DNA of 64,000 bases. Source: a virus. The stretch spans positions 1-64,000 of the IMG/VR virus record IMGVR_UViG_3300044713_000194, one strand, 5' to 3'. Below the pieces are notes generated by a model that was not told where the DNA came from, did no database searches, and saw only the letters and a list, made by a program, of their open reading frames with translations. Each line of letters opens with the position of its first letter. Within the stretch, counting starts at the first letter, position 1. Both the position numbers and the translations under genes were made by a program. Shown here in pieces: positions 56,019-64,000 of the stretch.

Positions 56019-57299
56019 TCATGATTGAATGCGACCAAACGTAATCGACCGACCGACCTGCGGATCGGGGTTCTCCCAGTGCTTCCCTGGCACCGTGGTC
56101 GCCTCGTAGATCGGCTCCGCGCCGCCCTTGCCATCGAGAGGGTCGCCCGTGACAGCCGGGTTGTAGATAACGGGCTCCTCCGGCGACGCGATCGGGATCA
56201 GGTAGCGGGTGTCGCCTGGCGGCAGCAACTCCACATCGAAATCCTGCTGGAGCAGAACCCCGCGAGGCATCTTGTAGGTGACGTTTGAAATCACCAGACG
56301 CTCACCGTTGCGGCGGATGATCATGTCGCCGTCCTGGACGATCGGCGTCGGTCCCAGGAACGACTTCGATGGCCGTTCCACCTTGATACCACCCTCATCG
56401 AGCGTGCGTACTGCCGGTGAATCGGGATCGATGAACTGCATGTCGTAGGGGCCATAGTAACCCCCCACGTAGCCAACCTCGAAGCATATCGGGCACCGGG
56501 TACGGGGTGTACCGGTCTCGGTCGTGGTGCAGCCACACAGTTCCCCTGCCCGCTTGCGGTACATGAGGTAAGTTGGCTCCGCGACCTGCTCAAAAATCCA
56601 CTGGTTACGGCGCACCATTTCGTGCTGCATGTAGTCCATCCGATCCACTTCAATCGAATTGACGACCTCGGTCCCCGGAGCGCCGGGAGCATGGAACTCA
56701 CCGTGATCCCCGACTGGCACGACAGTGTAGTAGGTCCGGATCAGGTTGGCCGCGATGTCCACATAGTTCTCCACCGTGTGGAAAATAGCGGTAAATGATT
56801 CAACCTGCTCATAGTTAATGATCGGCCAGGCGGCTACGGAACCGGCCTCTGGAGCGGCGGCACCCTGAACAGCCTCGCCGATTGGAAGGGTCACGGTCTG
56901 ATCTATCGCGCTCACCATCCCGGAGCGCACAACTTGCTTGGTGCCATTCTGATAGGAGACCTCGATCAGGACATCCTCCGGCGCGGACAGATACTTCACC
57001 TTGCCGTTCTCGACCTTCGACGCAGGCATCTCCGGGATCTTGAAAATGCGCGGGCCGGTAACGCCATTTTGATCGATCCAATCGGTGGTCTGGATGGGGT
57101 ATTTGACCAAGCGCAGGCGCGTGGAGTCGCGAAAGAAGTGGCCCGGGACGGGGCCGTCTTTGTTCAGCTTGACCCAGTTGAAGGGGGCGTCGAAGGCGCG
57201 ATAGACGTTGTAGCCTTTTGTCGCCTTAGGGACGAGCGGAAACCAGAGGTCCCGACTGCCTGAGTAGGCGCTATTGAGAATGAGTAGACCCCGGACCAA
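56019..57299 (-). CDS. Putative neck/head-closure protein
   Basis: GYNVYR N-terminal domain; EMVRRN.W...G..CGC...CPICF..GYVGGY.GPY...P....GD.I.R. Confidence 0.62.
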   Translation of the reverse strand: MVRGLLILNSAYSGSRDLWFPLVPKATKGYNVYRAFDAPFNWVKLNKDGPVPGHFFRDSTRLRLVKYPIQTTDWIDQNGVTGPRIFKIPEMPASKVENGKVKYLSAPEDVLIEVSYQNGTKQVVRSGMVSAIDQTVTLPIGEAVQGAAAPEAGSVAAWPIINYEQVESFTAIFHTVENYVDIAANLIRTYYTVVPVGDHGEFHAPGAPGTEVVNSIEVDRMDYMQHEMVRRNQWIFEQVAEPTYLMYRKRAGELCGCTTTETGTPRTRCPICFEVGYVGGYYGPYDMQFIDPDSPAVRTLDEGGIKVERPSKSFLGPTPIVQDGDMIIRRNGERLVISNVTYKMPRGVLLQQDFDVELLPPGDTRYLIPIASPEEPVIYNPAVTGDPLDGKGGAEPIYEATTVPGKHWENPDPQVGRSITFGRIQS

Positions 57300-57307
57300 A
57301 GCGAACG

Positions 57308-57332
57308 CCTCCTATTAAGGAGGCGAGTAGCC
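57308..57332 (-). promoter_or_regulatory. Late-type promoter motif
   Basis: GGCTACTCGCCTCCTTAATAGGAGG. Confidence 0.55.
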
Positions 57333-57353
57333 GAGACCTGTGTATCTGGTTGC

Positions 57354-60300
57354 TTATTTTGCAGCAAGACCGGCGCTGAAGCCGGACATCCAGTTGACGA
57401 TGCCCAGCATGTCACTCTGGCGAAAGCGCTTGTCTACCATAAGGTAGGTACCGTCTGCCAAGGTCTCAACCGAGAACGTGTAGTAACGCTTCCAGGGAGA
57501 AGCATTGAGCGCAGCGGCGATCTTCTCACCGAACTCGGGATTGACCTTATCGATCGCGCGGAGTTGCGCGGAAATCTCTTTCGATGCTGCCATCTTGGCT
57601 CCTTCTTCACCATATTCTGGCGACTTGTCCGCGATCCGGCGAACATCGTCTTCCGGAAGATGGCTCGCCGTCCTCACCCAGAATTTCCCTTTAAGCGGCC
57701 CGGCGTTCAGGTCCTGTTGCTTGAACCCGAAGCTCTTCGCCAGATTGTCGTAGTACATCTTCACTTTACCGGGCTCGACGGCCTGGTCCCGCGCAGCGAT
57801 TGAATCGACCGTATGCAAGGCTACGTGCTTGATGCCATGACGCCGCGCGATCTCCAGCAACGTCGAGAGCGCGTGCGAAGCCCAGTCCTTGAAAAGATGG
57901 GTAAGCTTGTCCTTGATCTCGTCCAGCTTCTCGGCGGTATAGCCCTGGGCGATGAACGAACGCCGGACCTGGGTGAACCGGGCGGCATCGATTCCCTTCT
58001 CGCGTATCGCCTCCCGAATTTTTTCACTCTGAACCTTCTCCATGAACTCGGCGAAGGTGCGCGATTCCACGATCGCCTTTGCCTGGGTAACAGAATTCAC
58101 CAGATCGGTCTGAACCTCGTCCACAAGCAGGTAGTGCTCGTTGACGAAGTCCACGCGGAGCCAGCCTACGGTCTTGTCACCGGACGGGTGGCCCGACATC
58201 GTGCTCGACTGGCGCACCATGTCCACATACTGCTCAAGGACTGGGTCCTCAGCAAGAATGCTCTCCGCGTTTGCGCCCTGGTTGATCTGCAAGACAAGCT
58301 GCTCAACATCGCGGAAGGAATTTTCGCCTGCATGGTATCGATCGAAAGAAACCTCGTAGTCCGGCGCGGCGGTCTCGTGATAGGACTCCAGCCATTGGGC
58401 CAGGTCCTCGCGCGTGACGACGGGACGGTTGTGCCGGATCTCATTCAGGAGCGGCGTGTACTTCTGTGCGATCTGTTGGAACTGCTTCTGGAACCGAGCC
58501 CACGGCAGTGAATCCACATTGTTGTCACCATACCACTGGTAGACGCGACGGATGGCGTCGTATTCCTGGGTAAGCGGGCGGTCCGGAATATGAAGCTGGT
58601 TGGGGATTGAGGCGGTCTTATCCGCGTCCGGATGCAGATTCTCCACCACGCCGTCCGGGGACTCTTGTTTTTTCTTCCGGTAGGTCACAAGCTGAGGATA
58701 GTCGTTCTCCCATCCGGCGTACGGCTCAATACCTTTGTCGATTGCCTTGAACATCGCGGAGGCGTGGTCCCAGGTGGGGTGTTTTTTGATCAATTCCAAA
58801 GCGTGCTGGACCATCTTTGCCGCCGTTTGCTCGCCGGTAATGGAGTCGTGTTCCTCCTGAGTGATCGTCTCAAAATTCTGTTTTGGGTCCTGGCGGCCCA
58901 GGGATACCCGGCAAGCGTGGGCACCCTCCTCCAGGATCGTCGTCATCTGATCCTGGCTCTGAGGATTCATGAAGATCGTCATCTTCCCCTGGTAGCTTCC
59001 GAGGGCTCCATGAAAAATGTAATCCTTGTTATCAACAACACGACCGTTCTCCACTGCTTTGTTCAGCGCCATAATGGGAACGTTCAGTGCTTTCCGGTAG
59101 AGGTCGCGAAGCGCCTTGCCTTGTAAGAAATCGCCTAGTGTACCGATGATCTGTCCATTGCGAGCACCGCGAAGCTTTCCATAAAGGTCCATGCTCACGC
59201 TGCATGGTTGATTTTCAGAGAGGTATTGCGTCTTTGGGACCTCGTGGGGCTCCTTCTTGGCCGCCACTTTACTCGACGGCGCATACCTCCCTATAATGTC
59301 CTCGCCTTCCTCCCACAGCTTCTCGACCTTCGCGGTCTGCTCCTCGTTCTGTGGATAGGCGGAGCCGCTAAGGCCGATGGTCGGCGACTTCAAATAGAAA
59401 CGGTCGTTCGTCTTGAAGAGCTTGTAGCGGTAGCTGCCTGGGTTTTTGTGCTCGACTATTTCGGTAATGCGCTTCTCCATCTTCGGACTCAACCGGCTCG
59501 CGTGCGCCCACATGAGCTTTCCGTTCACGTACCGGTGCATCAGGACAAAGAAAGGTTTGATCACCGACTCATCGACCACATAGCTCTCGTCCGAATGCGG
59601 CGTAACGAATCCCTCGCCATATTTGGCGTTGAAGCGGGCCGCGATTGCGAGCCATGATGGGCCGTGTCCCTTGGTGAAGTCGTACTGCTGGCGAATCTTA
59701 AACAGCTTATAGCCTTTCTCCTCCAATTCCTTCCACTTATTGACGAGGTTGTCCTCGTGGTGAGCCAACTCGTGGGCGAGGACGCGGCGCACAGTATTTT
59801 CATCGCTCATGATCGATTTTTGAAGCTCGATCGTTGTATTGAGAGCCCCGTGAGGGTCCCCGTTTTGCTGTTGCCCGAACTTCCAAACATCACACCCGAG
59901 CCAACCTGCACTGGGCCGGTTGACGATTTTGACTTCCGGCGTTTCAAGCCCCGGCTGGAGTACTGCCATCAACTCGGTTAGAATAGGACGCCAGTTTACC
60001 TGCTCGGCTGCGATGTGCGCCCGCTTGGAGTATGGCTCCAGGTTCTCATCATTGAGGAGAATATAATCATCGAGTTCTGAAGCTTCGGGCGGAATTTCCC
60101 CATCAAAGTAAGCGTTCAAAACCTTTTTCAAATCGGCCCACGTCACGACGTATGCCTCGATTTCAGCCTTCTTAGCGTTCAGTGCCGCCTGAAGCCGATG
60201 GTTCCCGTCCAGGACAAGGTAATGACCATTCCGACGTTTGGCAACGAGGATCGGAGACAACTCCCGACCTTCTTCCAGGCTCTTCGATAGAGATGTGACC

Positions 60301-63300
60301 TTCCCCTTATCCGTCGAATTGAAGAAATCGAACTTCTGCGGATCGGTGAGTGGTAGAGTCTCCGTCGTTGCGATGGCGAAAATCTCACCCAACCTACGTC
60401 CGGCCTTTTTCGACGCGGCGAGCTTCGGCTCACTGGCCGGACTTTCGATCGAAGGAACGTCGAGCACGTGTACCTGTTTTGGATCGAAAATCACGATGTT
60501 GCGAGGTGTTATTGAACCCTCCGCCTTGATTCCACCAAAACCAGTTTCCTGGATTATACGGTCGAGGAACGCCCAATTAGGTTCGCCGCGCGGATCACTC
60601 CAAATCTCCGCCCTATGCGTGTCGTAAAACTCAGCCCCCTTCTTGCGTCCATAGAGCTTCTCCAGAATCGCCAGAGGTGTGTTGGGCGATTCGGCGTTGA
60701 TCGTCAGTAACCGCACATCTCCGATCGAGAGCGAAAGAATCTGATGATTCTCATGCTTCTTGAAATGCGGGTGCATCGGCTGCTCGCTGACGTAGACGCC
60801 GGGGCCGAGTTCGCCCCCCACACTCGGGCGAAACCCCTCCCTGCGAATCACATCTGCAACGCCGGTCGAGTGGTAGTAGATTTTATTTTTGGAAGCGGTG
60901 ATGCTTGCCTTCTCGGGATTGAAGTCGCCGTTGTTACCTATTGCGCTCTTGATCTGGTTGGCGCTAAAGACCGCATAGATGTTGCCCGACGCAGGTGTGC
61001 CGTCATAGCCGTTCTCGAAGATGACACCATCGTTACCCTGTTTCTTGGCGCTCTCAATCTCACGACCCTTGACATAGCGGATGTCGTATACAGTCTTATT
61101 TCTAAGATTGAAATACTCGCCGCGAAACTCATCGGGCATTTTTGCCAGATCAACAATTCGTGGGTCCTTCAGTGCCAAATACACCGGCATTAAACGTGCC
61201 CCATCGCGCCAGCCACCAAAGTAGGTTGCAACTTCAGGATTCGAAGCAAACCAGGACACCCCAGCGATATTGTCCACGGGACTATCACTCGCCCGCTCAC
61301 CCTTGTCCGGGTCAAAGGTGTCAAAGTAGGCATTAGTACCGTGATAAACGCGCAACGGACGTCTATGGTCATCGACTACCTTCGACCCGGCAAACCACGC
61401 CTTAAATGCCTGGGTCTCGGTGATGTCACCCGGCTGACCCATCCAGTCCTGGTCTTGTGTCGGCCCATCGGCAGTCTTCGCTATAGTGCCGTTCAGCGTA
61501 ATAACCTTCCTCTCCTTGCTCGGCGTAATGACGGTGACTTCACGAATTGTGAAGCTCTTCCCTTTCGTAGTGTCCAGCCCCACATATTTAGCTTCCGCGC
61601 CCGGCTTGACGTATGCGATCGTGCAATGGGGCTTGTAATCGAAGTTGGGCTCGGTGAACCAGTGACCGTTCGTCCTATCACCTTGGCGGCCCAGATAATC
61701 GTTGACCTCAAACAGTTCGGGGCATTCGACCGGTGCAATTATGACCGCAGCATTGTCGCTCGACTCGGAAGGCGGGAACGACGCAGTACTTCCGAGTTTG
61801 GCCTGCATAGGGGGTACGGTGCCGAGATATGCCTCGATAGCCGAAGTGTCCTCGAACTTGACGCCGTAACGTACGGTAACGTGGTTTTTACCGACGCGGG
61901 CTCCCATGCCAGCAAGATCCGTCACGTCGATTTGATCGCGCACTTCCTCGATAGCCTCGTTGGCGGCGCTATCTTCGGGAAGGTCTGCCTGGACAGTGCC
62001 ATAGCTGACCTTGGCGGGTGCGTTGGCTCGTTTCTGCGTTGCATCTAGGGGGATCACATACCGGTTCAGCCTCTCGTCGAAGCTCACGGGGTATCGCTGC
62101 TTAAGATGATCCCACGCTCTTTCGTCGGTCGGCTGGCGTTGATCGTCAGAAAGGAAGAACTTCGCGCCGCGCTTCTTCGCTTCCGCAATGGCCTTATCGT
62201 AAAGAATCTGGCCAAGGCCCGTACCGCGCCATTTGGAGTCCACTCCGATATAGCGCAAGCGAAAGGCCTTTTGCCCGTCATATCTCGTGCGATATACTGA
62301 ACATCCCCCGACATGCCGTATCTCGGCAGGCTCATTCCGGAGTTCTGCGACCAGGTCGAACATGGGACCGTCGTTAGTGATCCGTAATTCCAACTCAGAG
62401 ATTGGAGTCGGCGGTTGCTTAAGTTCGGCCTGCTTCGACGCGTAATGCTGGGGCCGCCGCGCCTCAACAGCCTTACAGTTGCTGAGAACGAACCACTCCG
62501 CCTGCATCCCGCTGTAGTGACTCTCACCCTGTCGAACGCGCATACGCCAGGTCACGAGGGACTCAAGCGCCACACCTTGCACCTTACCGACCGTCTTCCA
62601 GACGATTCCGTTCGGGCCATCCGCGAAACCCGCAGCAGTCTTGTAATTCGCGGACCACGATAGAAGCGGGAAGTGGCTCCCTGTCCAAACCGCCTTTCCG
62701 TCGTGATAGTAAGAGTCGGCCCCGGAGTAATATGGTTCTCCGCGATATAGACACTTGTCCTCGGGATCGGCGGCCCACGGATTTGGAGTGAGAGTTGGTA
62801 CTGTTTTGATCAACGCCACCAGCTTGTCTGTGAGCGGCGATTCGCTGAGAATGTCCGGGTGTTGAACGTAGGATGTGATAAGATTCCAGAGATCGTCGTC
62901 ATTCGCAATCTCATAGCAGACCTTGTCATACTTCGTTTTAGGAGTTCCATCGTCGTCAAATGCAGCGGCCTTTGGCCCCTTACGCCGATTCAAGTTCCAA
63001 CGATTCGGCTTATCGGAAAAATGGCTTGGAGCCAGTTCTTCACCGAGTTCAAAATCCTCGCGCGAAATGGGCGCAGTTTCATCCTCTTTAAGAGCCCGCA
63101 CCACGTTAGTCAGGAACTTGCGAAAAATCGGCGCTCCGACCGTGGGGTTGAAGAGATAGATGCGATAGTAGCTCTGAAATGCGTTGCTCTTCCGCGAGAG
63201 AATATCCCAGCCGCCTTTGCGCCGAATCCAGATGTAGACTTCGCGGTCCTCCATCCCCGACTCGCGAAAATCGTGTACGGCCTGGCGAGCAAACGCGGCG

Positions 63301-64000
63301 ATCTCCACCTCATTACCGAGATACTTCGTTACATCCCCGTATGGGGACGCTTGCTCGCTTTGGGGAGTGTGGTAGCCTTTATCGAATTTCTCTAAAGTCT
63401 TTTCGTAAGCTTGACCACTGGGGTCTTTTTTGCCCTTGTCTGTACGCCAGCGATCGAACTGGAGCGCGTGTGTGCGCTCATGCACCAGCACACCGGTCGC
63501 CTGTTTGACAAAATCGTCCCACCAGCTTGTTCCGTTCGCTGCGGCATCCCCCAGGTACGATCCCAGACCCGGGCTCAACTTCAAAAGGATCGGGTCAGTA
63601 CCCGTCCCCATTGCGTTGTATGCGCCGCCCACTCGGAACTTCAGTGTCCCCGATGCGACAACGGTCGCCGGTGTTCCTTGATAGCGCACCTCAACCGCGT
63701 AATCAAGCGCGGCGCTGATTAGCCGAGCAAACTGATCATCGCTAACCGCTCCGTGCTTAGCCTCGTCGGCAATCCAATCTCGCGCCCGCTCCAACCCCTT
63801 CTTTGCCCACTCTGCATCCGAATCGATCTTTGGGAGGGAGGCATAAACGCTGTGACGGTTCTCATCAAATTTGCCGGAATTATTCACCGACTTAATCTGA
63901 TTGGGCTCAAAGACGGCGAACACCGAAGGGTCGCTAAGATCGATACCGCTCGATGAGATGAACTTTTCACCGGCGACCCACAAGCCGTCGAATCCTTTCG
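57354..64000 (-). CDS. Giant polyvalent multi-enzyme protein (5' end outside window): ART-like x4, zincin-like x3, GNAT, 2H phosphoesterase, ParB/Srx
   Basis: Frame open beyond TTG 63983 (KGFDGLWV...). Motifs: HERTH; YRG..SWS..QAEW; RGTGLG; HVT/HCT; VYHGT...QIKSA; YHST..GPGVY; DGNHR; HELAH..GHGPSW; EEGAH; DEVQTD. Confidence 0.88.
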   Translation of the reverse strand, partial: KGFDGLWVAGEKFISSSGIDLSDPSVFAVFEPNQIKSVNNSGKFDENRHSVYASLPKIDSDAEWAKKGLERARDWIADEAKHGAVSDDQFARLISAALDYAVEVRYQGTPATVVASGTLKFRVGGAYNAMGTGTDPILLKLSPGLGSYLGDAAANGTSWWDDFVKQATGVLVHERTHALQFDRWRTDKGKKDPSGQAYEKTLEKFDKGYHTPQSEQASPYGDVTKYLGNEVEIAAFARQAVHDFRESGMEDREVYIWIRRKGGWDILSRKSNAFQSYYRIYLFNPTVGAPIFRKFLTNVVRALKEDETAPISREDFELGEELAPSHFSDKPNRWNLNRRKGPKAAAFDDDGTPKTKYDKVCYEIANDDDLWNLITSYVQHPDILSESPLTDKLVALIKTVPTLTPNPWAADPEDKCLYRGEPYYSGADSYYHDGKAVWTGSHFPLLSWSANYKTAAGFADGPNGIVWKTVGKVQGVALESLVTWRMRVRQGESHYSGMQAEWFVLSNCKAVEARRPQHYASKQAELKQPPTPISELELRITNDGPMFDLVAELRNEPAEIRHVGGCSVYRTRYDGQKAFRLRYIGVDSKWRGTGLGQILYDKAIAEAKKRGAKFFLSDDQRQPTDERAWDHLKQRYPVSFDERLNRYVIPLDATQKRANAPAKVSYGTVQADLPEDSAANEAIEEVRDQIDVTDLAGMGARVGKNHVTVRYGVKFEDTSAIEAYLGTVPPMQAKLGSTASFPPSESSDNAAVIIAPVECPELFEVNDYLGRQGDRTNGHWFTEPNFDYKPHCTIAYVKPGAEAKYVGLDTTKGKSFTIREVTVITPSKERKVITLNGTIAKTADGPTQDQDWMGQPGDITETQAFKAWFAGSKVVDDHRRPLRVYHGTNAYFDTFDPDKGERASDSPVDNIAGVSWFASNPEVATYFGGWRDGARLMPVYLALKDPRIVDLAKMPDEFRGEYFNLRNKTVYDIRYVKGREIESAKKQGNDGVIFENGYDGTPASGNIYAVFSANQIKSAIGNNGDFNPEKASITASKNKIYYHSTGVADVIRREGFRPSVGGELGPGVYVSEQPMHPHFKKHENHQILSLSIGDVRLLTINAESPNTPLAILEKLYGRKKGAEFYDTHRAEIWSDPRGEPNWAFLDRIIQETGFGGIKAEGSITPRNIVIFDPKQVHVLDVPSIESPASEPKLAASKKAGRRLGEIFAIATTETLPLTDPQKFDFFNSTDKGKVTSLSKSLEEGRELSPILVAKRRNGHYLVLDGNHRLQAALNAKKAEIEAYVVTWADLKKVLNAYFDGEIPPEASELDDYILLNDENLEPYSKRAHIAAEQVNWRPILTELMAVLQPGLETPEVKIVNRPSAGWLGCDVWKFGQQQNGDPHGALNTTIELQKSIMSDENTVRRVLAHELAHHEDNLVNKWKELEEKGYKLFKIRQQYDFTKGHGPSWLAIAARFNAKYGEGFVTPHSDESYVVDESVIKPFFVLMHRYVNGKLMWAHASRLSPKMEKRITEIVEHKNPGSYRYKLFKTNDRFYLKSPTIGLSGSAYPQNEEQTAKVEKLWEEGEDIIGRYAPSSKVAAKKEPHEVPKTQYLSENQPCSVSMDLYGKLRGARNGQIIGTLGDFLQGKALRDLYRKALNVPIMALNKAVENGRVVDNKDYIFHGALGSYQGKMTIFMNPQSQDQMTTILEEGAHACRVSLGRQDPKQNFETITQEEHDSITGEQTAAKMVQHALELIKKHPTWDHASAMFKAIDKGIEPYAGWENDYPQLVTYRKKKQESPDGVVENLHPDADKTASIPNQLHIPDRPLTQEYDAIRRVYQWYGDNNVDSLPWARFQKQFQQIAQKYTPLLNEIRHNRPVVTREDLAQWLESYHETAAPDYEVSFDRYHAGENSFRDVEQLVLQINQGANAESILAEDPVLEQYVDMVRQSSTMSGHPSGDKTVGWLRVDFVNEHYLLVDEVQTDLVNSVTQAKAIVESRTFAEFMEKVQSEKIREAIREKGIDAARFTQVRRSFIAQGYTAEKLDEIKDKLTHLFKDWASHALSTLLEIARRHGIKHVALHTVDSIAARDQAVEPGKVKMYYDNLAKSFGFKQQDLNAGPLKGKFWVRTASHLPEDDVRRIADKSPEYGEEGAKMAASKEISAQLRAIDKVNPEFGEKIAAALNASPWKRYYTFSVETLADGTYLMVDKRFRQSDMLGIVNWMSGFSAGLAAK

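Noticed and set aside
1-64000. tRNA/tmRNA genes and stop-codon recoding
   Set aside because: No cloverleaf with a T-loop was found by eye; conserved genes are full length in the standard code and TAG, TAA and TGA all end genes

Overview
This is a 64-kb segment of a large, GC-rich tailed phage genome (jumbo/huge myovirus-like) using the standard genetic code. Most genes lie on the minus strand. From left to right: portal (truncated at the left edge), family-A DNA polymerase, an intein-containing CHC2 Zn-finger protein, sigma-like factors, terminase large subunit, putative head-internal proteins, tail-fibre-like proteins, major capsid, scaffold, prohead protease, tail tube, tail sheath and two free-standing GIY-YIG endonucleases. 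A plus-strand island of small genes (50.7-56.0 kb) has its own promoter motif. The main candidate system is a >2200-aa 'polyvalent' protein truncated at the right edge. It strings together about 11 enzyme modules: four ADP-ribosyltransferase-like domains, a GNAT, an Acb1-like 2H phosphodiesterase, ParB/Srx and three zincin-like domains. The modules are joined by [K/R]-x-A linkers, and the same motif is dense in the scaffold, protease, portal and head proteins. This suggests a capsid-packaged, prohead-protease-processed cocktail of host-takeover/anti-defence enzymes. Also found: three promoter-like motifs, a structured ncRNA candidate next to terL, an iteron/palindrome site and tail-fibre-like proteins with signal peptides. 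All family assignments come from motifs read by eye; no database searches were run.
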